From: Anthoceros angustus
Lineage: Eukaryota > Plantae > Anthocerotophyta
NCBI GenBank assembly: GCA_010909165.1
Contig: VJWM01000103.1
Coordinates: 124,001 to 188,000 of the forward strand
Length of the DNA: 64,000 bases
Reading direction: 5' to 3'
In this document: in pieces, positions 26,333 through 38,124 of the stretch
Layout of the letters: each line of letters starts with the position of its first letter
How positions within the stretch are numbered: the stretch's first letter is position 1
Program-made: the position numbers and the translations under genes
Notes under the pieces: model-generated
Database searches by the model: none
The model's input: only the letters and a program-made list of their open reading frames with translations
Told to the model about the DNA's origin: nothing

Positions 26333-27007
26333 CCCTGCCCCTGCCCCTGCCCCTGCCCCTGCCCCTGCCCCTGCCCCTGCCCCTGCCCTTGGGAAACTGG
26401 AGTCGGAGGTGTCACAGACCCCACCATATCCTCCATCCTGAGACACGAACTCCTCCCATCCACGAGGCGGCCTTCGCAACTCCTCGATCCCATGCGCAAA
26501 GTTGCAATTGCTGTTGTAAGGGCAGCTCCCAGACTTAAACCTAGAGCAGAGCTTAGTCTTGAAGAAAATGCCCCCCGTTCCCCGGCCCCTCCCACCTCCT
26601 CCGGCACTTCGCCCTGCCGCCGCTGCTGCTGCTGCGGCCCCCGAACTTAACTCCGCTCCGCCACCCTGCCCAGCAGGCGGAAATGCACCAGCACCAGCAC
26701 CAGCACCTGCACCTGCGCCGGGAGCAAACCCTTGCCCTTGCCCCCCGTTGGGCATCCTGTGCTGCATCCCCATGGCTCCTCCAGGCGGGCCGAACGGCCC
26801 TCCCCTGGGAAGCATCCCGGGGGGCCCGCCGAAGTCGGCCGCTCCCTCGCCGTAGCCTCCCCCCATGCCCTCCCTGGCCCCGTAGCCGCCCCGGCGCCGG
26901 CCCCGGATACCCGTACTCGTATCCTCCACCCCTGCTCCCCTCATCCTCTTGGCGGGCGGCCCGGCCCCGACGGCCCCAAGCTGCGTCCCCGCCCCGGCTC
27001 TGTCCAT
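25127..27007 (-). CDS. Triple CCCH zinc-finger protein (plant C3H12/39/56-like), two exons, with an apparent frameshift near 26300-26430
   Basis: Three C-x8-C-x5-C-x3-H fingers: [48 protein letters not shown] and [25 protein letters not shown]. The last exon carries LWK...[10 protein letters not shown]. Fingers 1 and 2 lie in different frames. Confidence 0.85.
26298..26390. repeat. Coding hexamer repeat (GGGCAG/GGACAG on the minus strand; poly-GQ)
   Basis: About 15 copies of gcccct/gtccct on the plus strand. Confidence 0.9.
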
Positions 27008-27723
27008 CTCAAACCCGTCGTACCTGCAATTCCCCAGCAGCCAAGCAGGCCAGGTCGACACGGCAGCAGCGGGCACAGCGGACCGAGCCACAAACACAGA
27101 ATCGCAAGTGCGTGCCACTCACCGAGATTGGTGCAACAGCGAGGAGTCCCCGTGCTCCTCCTCCCACGTCGCATGCTGTTCGCCATCGCCCCAGAACCCC
27201 GCACCGCTGCCCTCCACCGGGCCAGCGCTGCCTGCCATCAATCAGCTCTGCTCCGCCCCCACTATCCTTGGATCCATGCCTTCACCTTCCTTCCTCCCTT
27301 TGCTTTCCCGCCGTCGCCTCGTTCCTCAGCACGGCATCAGTCCCCGCAAAGCAATTTGTCCCAGCACGCCCGAGCCATAGCATATGTAGTCTATAATGAG
27401 GTGCTACTTATAGGCATAGGTAATGTCGATCTGGATGATGCTAACTTACTAAGTCACATGAAATTGAAACAGGGAAACAAGGTAGGTAGTTAGGTACAAC
27501 TTAGGCTAAATGGACCATTTATAAGAACGCCGCTATTAAGCATCTTGTGCGGAGATCACTACTTAGATGTTGTCCCTCTAAAAGGGAGTGGATGCCCTTG
27601 GTGCAAGTAGCTTCAGGCACCCCATGGTGTCAAGTCCCATGAGGGAAATTCCGTCTAAAGTGGGCTAAAATAAATTTCTTCTTCTCTCCTACTAAGAGTA
27701 AGGACATGGGTGACATGACATAC

Positions 27724-27797
27724 TTGCCGTTGCCTTTGCCTTGCCTTGCCTTGCCTTACCTTACCTTGCCTCGCCTTGCCTTGCCTTGCCTTGCCTG
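27724..27797. repeat. (CCTTG)n pentamer microsatellite upstream of the LEA_2 gene
   Basis: Directly visible array. Confidence 0.9.
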
Positions 27798-27828
27798 CCG
27801 AGGACGGGATGTGGGGGAATGTGGCGGG

Positions 27829-28803
27829 ATGGCAGAGCGCCTGGCGAGGACGTCAGGGCTCGATGCAGATGCGGCGAGGGAGCAGGAAGGGATGGCGAGC
27901 GGCTTGCTCTCCTACCGTAGCCAGGAGCAGGAGGTTAGGGTAGAGTGCCAGATCGGGGACAGAAGCGAGCGTGAGGCGGGATGTTGGCACTGCGGGCACG
28001 GCCAGGGTCTGTACCGGGAGGTGCCCGATGCGGAGCCGCCTTTCGTGACTTACCGCAGGCCGAATTACGGGGTGGCAGTGAAGACCACCTGCGATGCCGT
28101 ACAGTCGGCTGTGGGAATGCTGTGCCTGGCGCTCTTGTTGTCGGGGGCCGGGTTTCTTGTGTGGCCAGCGTCCACGGAGGTGGTGGTGAAGAATATTAGG
28201 TTAGACGGGATAGACGTTCAGAAGGATCCCAAGAGCTCTACTCTGGTGCCGTCGCTTATCCTGCATATTGCCATGGAGTTGCAGTTGGAGATCGTGAACT
28301 CCAACTACTTCGGGGTCTCGTATGACACCATTTTGGTGACGATCTTCTACAGAGGGGATGAGATCGGGCAGGTGGCGTTGGAGAGGGCTCAGATTCCTGC
28401 GAGGCGCACTGTCGTGGTCCCTGCTGCGCTGGATTTGCAGGGACAGCAGATTTTCAAGAATGTGGCGGCTCTGTGGGCTGATACTCTTAACCGGAAAATT
28501 CCCTTCGATACGGTCACGAAATTCTCGGGAGCTGTGCAGATTTTCTCCTGGAGGCCTCACGTCAAGGTTCGTATGACCACCCGGGCTCAGTGAGTAGTTC
28601 ATGAGACCTGCTATTTTGTGAAGGAAGGTAGTGGTGGCATACTGTTGCTGGATGTGTCATCCTCGCTGTTTATTTGCTTTCAAGTTTGGCTACAATCTCA
28701 TGTGACTTGGCACACATTGGTGCAGGTAGGTGCAAATTGTAAAGTAATTGTGGATCCAAGGGACAAGATCATTCTTGCACAGAGCTGTTCTGTGGGGTTC
28801 TGA
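27829..28803 (+). CDS. LEA_2 / NDR1-HIN1-like membrane-anchored protein (exons 27829-28566, 28726-28803)
   Basis: Transmembrane helix (MLCLALLLSGAGFLVWP) followed by LEIVNSNYFGVSYD...IFYRGDEIG...IPARRT. The short last exon is VGANCKVIVDP...QSC. Confidence 0.85.
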
Positions 28804-29428
28804 TCATGCCTCTGCTTATGGCAATGCTGACAGGCGTTGGGTTGTCTGTGTCAAGCGGGTTATTTGCTGCTGCTGCTGCAGAGTTTCTCTCTCTGATCCT
28901 CTATTACTTGCGTTGGGACAGGCGATTGCCTGCCAGGTTTTAAAATAAATTTTCTCGTCAGCTCGCTACACAAAAGCGTAGGTTAATTTTTCGATTGTTC
29001 AAATCGATCACATGGCTGGAAATGCGACACGCGATATGTATGGACAAAAGCAAGGAAAATTTGCGACACAGCCAAGCCTGCAGCTTTCCTGATCAAAGAA
29101 CAATTGCAGTTGTGGCAACACCTTATTTTGCGGTACACAACTTTCCAGCCTTGACACAGAGGGCGGATGGCCAAGAGAAACTTGCCCCAGTCCATTACCA
29201 GGGCTTGACCTGTAAGGTTTGAAGCATTACTGAATCCAGATCAGCCACACTGGCAAGAATTTAACCTCTGCAACAAAATTGACGACAACACAATTCACAA
29301 AAATTGGCCACAGCTCAATTGGCAGTGCCCTCTCTCGTACTTGCGAACCCTATCTGCAGAGAATGCAGCAACCTTCATGCGGGGCATGGCCAGATGAGAA
29401 ATGCGGCACACACTGCTGCCGGGTGCTG

Positions 29429-29635
29429 TCAGTCTGCTTCAGCTGTCTTGGACCCTAAATCCGGGATGTCTTCATACAGCTTGCCCCGGTTGCGCTTCTC
29501 CCAAAGCTTGTTGAAGCTGTAATCCACAGCCCGCTCCCCGACGATGGCCCCGGCGAAGACGAACGCCACGTACACCGAGTTCCTCCGCATCAGGAGGCGG
29601 TAAGCCGATTGCCATATCCCTACGTTCCGATCCAT
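29429..29635 (-). CDS. QCR9: Cytochrome b-c1 complex subunit 9
   Basis: MDRNVGIWQSAYRLLMRRNSVYVAFVFAGAIVGERAVDYSFNKLWEKRNRGKLYEDIPDLG has the plant QCR9 signature. Intronless. Confidence 0.93.
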   Translation of the reverse strand: MDRNVGIWQSAYRLLMRRNSVYVAFVFAGAIVGERAVDYSFNKLWEKRNRGKLYEDIPDLGSKTAEAD

Positions 29636-29822
29636 GACCACACCGAGCCCACGGGCGGAGATCCCAACAGCGTGCTGGCACCGCCGGGATGCGCCCAAGC
29701 ACCTGTGCCCTCTCAACGAAACAATGGGCAGGTGAAGCCGCAGATCTGACACGGCTGCAGCCTCACGATCGGAAAGCGCAACAACACGGAGATCCTTGTG
29801 TCCTGTCCTCCTGTTCTGCTCC

Positions 29823-29831
29823 TTAGGGTTT
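29823..29831 (-). promoter_or_regulatory. Possible telo-box (AAACCCTAA) ~190 bp upstream of QCR9
   Basis: Exact 9-mer upstream of a housekeeping gene; could be chance. Confidence 0.3.
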
Positions 29832-30289
29832 CGTTCATCGTACGCACAACTTACATACCTTCACCTGCCGTCACACGACGATCCTTCAAGATACGTAGAC
29901 GTATATGGATTTATTTTAATTTGATATTTGATAAAAATCAAAACCGGAGGAGGAGTTCTGATTCCACTTGGTATGTTTTCAAAAAAAAGTACCTCCATGG
30001 ATGTACGTAGTTTGGAAGATTTTGCTGAATAAAATTTAATCTAAAGTTTTGGTAGAATTATTCATATAATTATATCTTAAGTATTATGTGATAGATTATT
30101 TCTAAAATAAAGAAAAATCTTCTTAAATATCTTATACAATAATTATATCATACAATATCAAAGTGATATTTTTTATGACGTCATGTTCTAAATTGCTAGG
30201 GAAAGCGGTTAGGGAACGCCCTTACACCTTGCTCAACGAGGTTTCGCTGAGGGCAGACTTATGTTATTCTTAATCCTCTAGGTTGGGCG

Positions 30290-30661
30290 GCGGAGGGATG
30301 CGCGACGGCTAAGGTCCACAAGTACTGTCCTATGCAGGATGGCCACGCCTTCGTCCCCTTTGCCATTGAGACTCACGGAGCCATGGGCAAGGATTTCTCT
30401 AGGTTTGTCAAGGCCTGCGCCAAGGCTTATCATAGCTGCATGAATGGGGTTGGCCTCCCCCTTTCTTGTATTGTTGCTTTCTTCCGGCAGAGAGTTTCCA
30501 TCGCTCTGGAGAGGGCGTTGGCTAAAGTAGCGTATAGAACGACAGCGAGTGCGGGAGATACTGCTTCTTCGACACCGATGGTAAGTAGGCCTATTCATAT
30601 CCCTGACCACGAAGTTCTTCGGGCGGTTGGTAGTTTTGAAATGCGTGACCGTGAGGGCTAG
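30290..30661 (+). mobile_element. 3' fragment of a CRE-like non-LTR retrotransposon (restriction-like endonuclease C-terminus)
   Basis: FVPFAIETHGAMG...FFRQRVSIALERALA motif; homologous to 40800-41000. Confidence 0.65.
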
Positions 30662-31225
30662 TCATAGCATGGTGCCTTTCGTTGGATTTTTTCCTTTGTT
30701 TTTGGGGTGGATAGATTTTTCCATTTTTTTTTGGTAATAAAGTCTTCTTTTCCCTTTTCTTATGACGTACCACGGCAAGAACAGCTTGGAGATATACAAA
30801 ACCTCTCTAGCAAATCGCCCCAAAGAGTTCTATCCCTTCACCTACCCTCGTCGGTGAATTGTGCTAGCAACCTTCACCTAATTACTTCACCCATGACACT
30901 TTTGAATAAACCCTTGTATCAACAACTGACTTGATGTAACAAATGCGCAAATGCGCTCGCTCGGTAGCTGAAGTTGCAGATCGGCCAAAAACTTACAAAG
31001 GTAACCAGCTTTCCATCCATGAATGTTTAGCTCTAGTAATCTGTTCAAAGTGGGTGCGGGGGCACGCCCCCTGGCCTGGTGCCCCATCGTGGGTTGTCCC
31101 CTGTGGCCTTTGGCCTCGGGGTAGATGGGATTTCCTATTTCGTTCTTTTTATAAAGTCGCCAAATTTCGTTGTGGAGCTGTGGCGGAAGCCTGCAACACA
31201 TCCGTGTTTGAACCATGTCCACACG

Positions 31226-31345
31226 CACTCACGTAGACTGCTTCCTGGACAGGAGTATTTTACAACTGGAAGCAAATGGCAAATGCACTCACGTAGTCTG
31301 CTTCCAGGACAGGAGTGTTTTACAACTGGAAGCAAATGGCAAATG
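31226..31345. repeat. 60-bp tandem repeat x2 upstream of the AP2/ERF gene
   Basis: 'cactcacgtag.ctgcttcc.ggacaggagt.ttttacaactggaagcaaatggcaaatg' occurs twice. Confidence 0.85.
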
Positions 31346-31437
31346 CTGGGCGAGCGAAGCAGGTTGTTGGGGCGGCTCGATGTCAGTGCGTTTTACCGCG
31401 GGCTCGTCGCGCTGCATATTTCCGTCTGCCGCAGCTG

Positions 31438-32442
31438 ATGAAGGAAGCAATTTTAAATCCGATTCACCGCGTCTCTCACTGGGTGTATCGGTGCGACTCG
31501 GTGAGGATCCCGAGCCGAGCCGAGAGCCGACTCAATAAAACGCCACAGCGATGGCGAGCTGGAGCGAAAGGCTGTGTGTGGTGGGCGCCGTCGAACGGAG
31601 GTCTAGAGCAAGTCTCCAAGCGGTCGTGGCGTGAGCAGAGAGGACATGGTGGAGAAGGCGTGGTCGGGTCGCTCGCGTCGGGGGCAGTCGAAGTCGACGT
31701 CGACGTGTTGCGCGCGGCGACCGATTCGAAGCGTGGCCAGCTGCAACTGCGAGCAGGGCGACGGCGCCTCTGGTGCGGCGCAATCGCTGCTGCAGGAGCA
31801 GGAGGAGGAGGCGGCGGATCGAGGGAAAGCGAGGGAGAGGGCGCGGAGGCGGGCAGGCGGGCGGGGCCGGCGGAAGAGGACCGCCACCCGCTGTACCGCG
31901 GAGTGCGCAGGAGAAGCTGGGGGAAATGGGTGTCGGAAATCCGGGAGCCCAGGAAGAAGTCGCGCATCTGGCTGGGGTCCTTCAGGAGCCCGGAGATGGC
32001 CGCCCGGGCCTACGACGTGGCCGCGCTCAGCCTCAAGGGCCCCGAGGCGCTGCTCAATTTCCCGGAATCCCGCCCATCGCTGCCCCGGCCGGCATCCATG
32101 TCGCCCAAATCCATCCAGGCCACGGCTGCACAGTACGCGTACATGTCGGCGATGCTGCCGGGCGTCGGCGGGCCGGAGCCTGACCCTCAAGCAGCCGGCC
32201 CCGGCCCCGGCCCCGGCCCGAGTACTTCGCGGGAACGGGAGCCCGACTCGGAGCAGCAAGAGCGGCAGGGGCAGCAGCAGCAGCAGAACCTGCTGGCGTA
32301 CCTGGACGAGGACCTCATTTTCGACATGCACAATGTGCTCAAGGCAATGGCCCAGGCAATGCTGCTGGAGCCTGAGCCGAGCCCACTCCCGCCCGAGCCT
32401 GATGACGACGACAGCGCCTGGGGCCCCGGATTGTGGGATTGA
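31438..32442 (+). CDS. AP2/ERF transcription factor, DREB A-4 (TINY-like); start codon uncertain
   Basis: [88 protein letters not shown] and a terminal LWD. Confidence 0.88.
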   Translation: MKEAILNPIHRVSHWVYRCDSVRIPSRAESRLNKTPQRWRAGAKGCVWWAPSNGGLEQVSKRSWREQRGHGGEGVVGSLASGAVEVDVDVLRAATDSKRGQLQLRAGRRRLWCGAIAAAGAGGGGGGSRESEGEGAEAGRRAGPAEEDRHPLYRGVRRRSWGKWVSEIREPRKKSRIWLGSFRSPEMAARAYDVAALSLKGPEALLNFPESRPSLPRPASMSPKSIQATAAQYAYMSAMLPGVGGPEPDPQAAGPGPGPGPSTSREREPDSEQQERQGQQQQQNLLAYLDEDLIFDMHNVLKAMAQAMLLEPEPSPLPPEPDDDDSAWGPGLWD

Positions 32443-34333
32443 CGCTTTCATCCATGTCTTCAAATTTTCCGCCACAAGGGAATTGCAAATGGTTGCTGTG
32501 CAATTCCGTGGTGCTCAATTCCTCGCCGAAATTCCCACTTCCCATGCTTCCAGTATCATGGCATTGCCAGGATTGCAGCAAGCTACCACATTCTGCATCG
32601 GAAGTGCGGTGCCACTTATTTGCATGCATGTGGTAGGTATGGACCTGCAGTAAAAGTTGCAGTAGCAGTGTTGTAGGTCCCCTGAGATTGTACCCGGCCG
32701 GTGCCTGTTTGTGGGCACCACACTCTCAATCAGTAGCTTCCGATTCCTTTGCGTTTGCCGAATCTCTGTAGAATTGTTTTGCTTTGCTTGAGGGAGGTTG
32801 GTACAAATATCGAAAGCTCGCTGTGTCTCGCTGCCAGCCACAGGTTGCGGAACCATGATTGTGGGGCAGCAGCCGCCATGGCGTCAACTGTCTGGAGGTG
32901 AACAGGAAAAGATATATTATGGCATTCCTTCCGGTCCGTCCTCTTGCGCACATTCTGACAGGCTGACACATGGGATTCCCTCGCAATCTATGCAGTGTGC
33001 CGACGGAATGGGAGGAGATATTTAAAAATCTACCCACTCACAGGAGACCGCAGCAGCCTGCCGCGTCCTATCACGGGACTCGGTACTTCACCAAGTTTGT
33101 ACCATGGTGTGCCTAAGCTATAGCACCAAAAGCATCCACTCCCTCTAGGCACCCCATCCAAGTACCCATCAAAACGCAACATGCTTAACAACCATGGGGT
33201 GGGAGGCATCTCCTGGGGCAGGGGCAGGGTAGGGTAGAGTCGGGGGGTGTGAGGTGGGAGGCACCGTAACCCCCGGCCCCCCTTCTCCCCGCAGGTGAAC
33301 AAGGGGAAGGAGCATCTGGCCGGGATGAGGCTTCGTGCCAGATTCTCCAGGGGCGTGTTTTCCATGAAGCCGGGGAAGGCCTGGACGATTGCGACAGCAG
33401 CCTGCTTGATGGAGTTGGGGTCTGTGATCTTGGGGCCCGCATGCATGCACGCATGGCAATGGGAATGGCATTGCCTACAGCGGAGTGAGGATGTCGCTCT
33501 TCACGTGCCACAGCTCCCTGCATTTGTGGTGAGATGGAGGGAAAGACTTGCCCTTGGAAGACCCGTTGGTGCGGCGACGAGGGGACGAAGCCTGCTCCGA
33601 TGCCCTGTCCCAGCACGCTGCGAAGCAGATACTCCCTGCGGTGCCCTTTCGGGTGCACTGCCAATGTGCCATGCCGCGGATGGCGATGTACCCGGCAAAC
33701 TTGGGCTCCGGAAGATGTAATCATTTGCCAACTACGGAACGGAGGCCATCGCATCCTATCAGAACCATGGCGGGCGGTTCCATCCTCCAGCCCCACTTCC
33801 GTGTGGCCTCCACCAGCTGAATCCTGCCTGATAGACCACCTTGGGGTTGAGGCGAACCGTTCCAGAAGGCAGAGACGTGCGACAGCATTCAGGATATCAC
33901 TTCAAATTCGCCCCACATTCGGAACTTCATGTGGCCTGCCAGCACAGTCCACGTTGATCCTGGCTGACCGGCTGAGGCTATAGACTAGGCAATGCCTTCA
34001 CAGCAGTCATGAAGGCGCTAACCCATTTGCAGCATCCTGAAACATGACCGGCTTATCACCTTCCCATCCATGCTCTGAGCCCTGTATTTCCAGCATTATC
34101 ATCATCAGCAATTCCACTTGGCACTGCAGGCCTGCAACACTCGTCACATCTGTGTCCACAATAGCTCAATGCCCTTCATCTTGTCTATCAAAGCGGCAAG
34201 ATCTATACCCAACAAAGCGATCATTCAAGTATCCTTCAAAAATTGAAAGCCTTTCAAAAGTACAGGGCCACTGCGAGCACACGAACCGTTGCACATTTCC
34301 TCCAGTTGCACGAAGACTCACCTAGGGACCGAC

Positions 34334-35437
34334 CAGTTTGCGTCAACATCCTGTTTGCGACAGCTCACAAAGATGACGGGGGATTGTGGAAGGGATTCTA
34401 TAGCAAGGGCTGCCCGATAGCGGAATCCATAGTGCACCATGCTGTGAAAAGCGCCGTGGACAATGACCTCGGACTGGCTGGGGGCTTGCTCCGCCTCCTC
34501 TTCCATGATTGCTTCATCCGGGTATATACAGCCCTGGCGACACAGATTTGGGCTAATGCCTATCGAATTCCAGTCTCTTTGAATCTCAAGCAGCTCTTGA
34601 TTCCGATGCATTCTGATTCGTTGCTACAGGGGTGTGACGCCTCTGTGCTGATCGACTCCACAGACGGCAACTCAGCGGAGAAAGACGGGCTGCCAAACGC
34701 CGGCAGCCTACGAGGCTTCGATGTCCTGGACAAGGCGAAGGAAAACATCGAAGCCGCGTGCCCCGGCACCGTCTCCTGCGCGGACATTATTGCCTAGACC
34801 CTGGCCCGCGATCGTGTTGAATCTTGCTTATCAGACAAATCATGGGCTGAACAGGGACTGATCTTGAATGGCTGATGGATGGGTGCAACTGCAGAGCGGA
34901 GGACCGTGGTACAGCGTTGCGGCTGGGAGAAGGGACGGTAGAGTGTCTCTGGCGTCGGAGACCAGTAACCTGCCGGGCCCAACACTGAGCGCGCAGCAGC
35001 TCACCGACAGCTTCTCGAGCAAGCGGCTGAGCCAGGATGACATGGTGGCGCTCTCCGGAGCCCACACCATCGGGCAGGCCCGCTGCATCCTGGTCCAGTC
35101 GAACATGAACCCGAATCTGGACCAGTCCTTCGCCGCGGAGCTGCACGCCCAATGTCCTGCCGGTGGAGACGGCAACACTCGCATCTTCATGGACGAGGAT
35201 TCGGGCACGAGCTTCGACAACGACTATTACAAGAACCTGGTTGCCAATAAGGGGCTCTTTCCGTCAGACCAGACACTGTACGATGATGCCTACACCCGTG
35301 ATACCGTGGTGTCATACAGCAAGGACTCCGACTTGTTTGCCTCCAAGTTTGTAAAAGCCATGGCCAAGATGGGAGCCATTGAGGTGCTGACTGGCGATGA
35401 GGGATAAATTCGGCTCAACTGTCGTCGCATCAACTTG
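34334..35437 (+). pseudogene. Class III peroxidase pseudogene
   Basis: [33 protein letters not shown] and FDNDYY are present. The signal-peptide start is missing. A ~27-bp deletion removes the exon-2 end and donor (TAG at 34795-34797), and there is a CAA>TAA stop at 35405-35407. Confidence 0.85.
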
Positions 35438-35731
35438 GCAATTTGTGTTGAATACAGAGTCTCGAAACTGCATCAGAATAGCTGCGGAAAATTGATGACC
35501 TCCAGCATGTATGTTTTCACAATGGTTGATATCAACGTAGAATTCTGTGTGCGCAGGCACATTTGGAAATTGGCAGAATGAGGCATGGATTGCAATGAAT
35601 GTTGTGAGAAGACTCATTTTCTGCGGTTTGTGTAAGTTTGTAACTAAAGCTAGCCTCAACATGACGAGATGCTTGTGAAGAAGAGCAATACCGAGCAAGA
35701 AACCAACGTTCACGTAGGGCACCCTTTTCCT

Positions 35732-35826
35732 AACACAAACTGCGATGACAGTGGAGCCGAGTTTGTCCCGAGTCGCCAGTCAGGACGTCAATGACTCCAA
35801 ACTTGCCCATAGCCTCTACAAACTTG
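35732..35826 (-). pseudogene. Remnant of the 3' end of a fourth peroxidase copy
   Basis: The reverse complement reads KFVEAMGKFGVIDVLTGDSGQTRLHC, homologous to the peroxidase C-terminus. Confidence 0.7.
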
Positions 35827-36351
35827 GGGTCAATTGCACCGTGTAACGCCGACCAGTGCTGGAATCCTTTTTCTGTCCAAGGGCGTGTTGAGCTGGCGAG
35901 CTCAGTCACTCTTCCTGCTGTGCGTGGGAGTTTCCAGCCTGCCTTTTCTTACAAATAATCTTCAGAACTGTTCTTGATCGATATCCCAGTTCAGCAGGTT
36001 CCGAATGGGGCAGATTGGTCTGAAGATACAGTATTTGGCGTGTGTGGGAAATGTATGGAGACCCTTTAGGGCAAGGTATGCCTGTGTGGAGAGTAGCCGC
36101 ACTAGGTCTTGAAAAGCAGGACTTTCGTTAGTCATTAGTTGTCTCTTATTCACAAGCACCTGAACAGGTGCTTGAGGCTACGCCTTAGAAACGTCTACAA
36201 ACATGTGCTCTGCAGAAGAGTAGGAGGTTTTTCTCCACCACCGAGTTGTATCGCTGTAACTAGCAAGTGCTCAAGATCACAACAGCCAAATGTTGGGATC
36301 CATGCCTCCTTCTACCAACCATTTCATGACACAAATTGCTAGGTTGATGAC

Positions 36352-36382
<31 letters not shown>

Positions 36383-36496
36383 CTTGTGACATCATGTGAA
36401 GGGGGTACGTAATTTGGCAGATTGAAAGTACGTCTTCAACAAAGTTGGGCTGTTCTAGTGCACTCTGGAGACTGTAACCCAACACAAACTGCCTGC

Positions 36497-37628
36497 CTAG
36501 TTGATGCGACGACAGTTGAGCCGAATTTGTCCCGCATCGCCAGTGAGGACGTCAATGGCTCCCAACTTGCCCATGGCTTCTATAAACTTGGCGTTAAAGG
36601 AGTTGGAATCCTTGCTGTACGACACCACGGCATCGCAAGTGTGGGGATCATTGTACAGCGTCTGGTCCGAGGGGAAGAGGCCCTTGTTGGCGACCAGGTT
36701 CTCGTAGTAGTCGTTGTCGAAGTGCTTGCCCGAATCCTCGTCCATGAAGATGCGAGCGTTGCCGTCTCCACATTCGGCCTGCCGCACCGCGCGCCCAGAC
36801 GACTTGACCAGGCTGCAGCGGGCCTGGCCGATGGTGTGGGCTCCGGAGAGCGTCACCATGTCGTCCTGGCTCAGCCCCTTGCTGGCGAAGGTTTTGGTGA
36901 GCTGCCGCGCGTTCAGTCCTGGGCCCGGCAGCGCACTGGTGTCTTCTGCCAGCGACACTTTCCCATCCCTTCTCCCAGCTGCAACGCTGTACCAGGGTCC
37001 TCCGCTCTGCAGTTGCACCCACCCATCAGCCATTCATGCTCGGTCCCGAATTCAGCATCTGCATCGTGTGATGAGCAAACACATTTCACAAAATCGCGGG
37101 CCGGGGCCTTACGAGAGCGACGCTGTCCCGGGCCGCGAAGGCAATGATGTCCGCGCAGGAGACGGTGCCGGGGCACGCGGCTTCGATTTTTCCTTAGCCG
37201 TGTCCAGGACTTCGAAGCCTCGAAGGCTGCCTGCGTTTGGCAGCCCGTCTTTCTCCGCTGAGTTGTCGTCTGTGGAGTCGATCAGCACAGAGGCGTCACA
37301 TCCCTGCACCACCGAATCAGAATGCATCAGAATCAAGGAGAGACTAAAATTCTGCAGGCGCTAGCCAAATGTGTGTCTCAGGCCGGGCTGAACATACCCG
37401 GACGAAGCAATCATGGAAGATGAGGCGGAGCAAGCCGCCCGCCACTCCGGGGTTCTTGCCCACGGCGCTTTTCACAGCATCGTGCACTATGGATTCCGCC
37501 TTTGGGCAGCTCTTGCTGTAGAATCCCTTCCTCAATCCCGCATCTTTGCTGGCTGTGGCAGTCAGGATGTTGAAGCAGACTGCATGGACTACCAGAGCAA
37601 GAACCAGCGTTTGGATTGCTCTGGCCAT
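36497..37628 (-). CDS. Secretory class III peroxidase, three exons, with a 1-bp deletion in an A-run near 37190
   Basis: Signal peptide [19 protein letters not shown], distal RLIFHDCF, proximal LSGAHTIG and eight conserved Cys. The partner copy has A6 where this copy has A5. Confidence 0.85.
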
Positions 37629-37955
37629 TGAATATGCTGTACTCGAAAATGAACGTCCCGGATGGTTTTGTCACTCGTTTCTCACTCTGGACCAGCTGCT
37701 GTCCTGCAACGTCGGAGCGGACGCAGATTTCACCAACAACTGTCGGAAGGAAGGAAAGCTGGGCGTGGCCGAGAACGCAACTTCAGAAATCGAATCTTGA
37801 GCTTTGTCAAGACCCTTCAATCCAGAGCAGAGTAGCTTTGGAAGTGCAAATCTGCATTGCACGATCTGTATTCCCACTCTGCGTTTCAAATGGCGGCACC
37901 CTCAGCAAGCTTATAAACACGATTAGGTGATGCCTGGATGGAAAGTTTGACATTG

Positions 37956-38124
37956 TCTAGACACAGCAACACAGTGTCTCGCTGCCATCTGAAGTCAGCG
38001 AAACTCGGAAGTGTCTAGACACAGCAACACAGTGTCTCGCTGCCATCTGAAGTCAGCGAAACTCGGAATTGTCTAGACACAGCAACACAGTGTCTCGCTG
38101 CCATCTGAAGTCAGCGAAACTCGG
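37956..38124. repeat. 58-bp tandem repeat x3 in the peroxidase upstream region (mirrored at ~59260-59428)
   Basis: 'gtctagacacagcaacacagtgtctcgctgccatctgaagtcagcgaaactcgg' occurs three times. Confidence 0.9.

Noticed and set aside
33030-33983. Cluster of 60-200 aa ORFs on both strands
   Set aside because: No recognisable domain or consistent exon structure; possibly a decayed TE or gene fragment that cannot be assigned.
37956-38124. Regular repeats resembling a CRISPR array (also 31226-31345, 45950-46200, 53930-54320)
   Set aside because: They are head-to-tail tandem units without unique spacers, there are no cas genes, and the context is eukaryotic.
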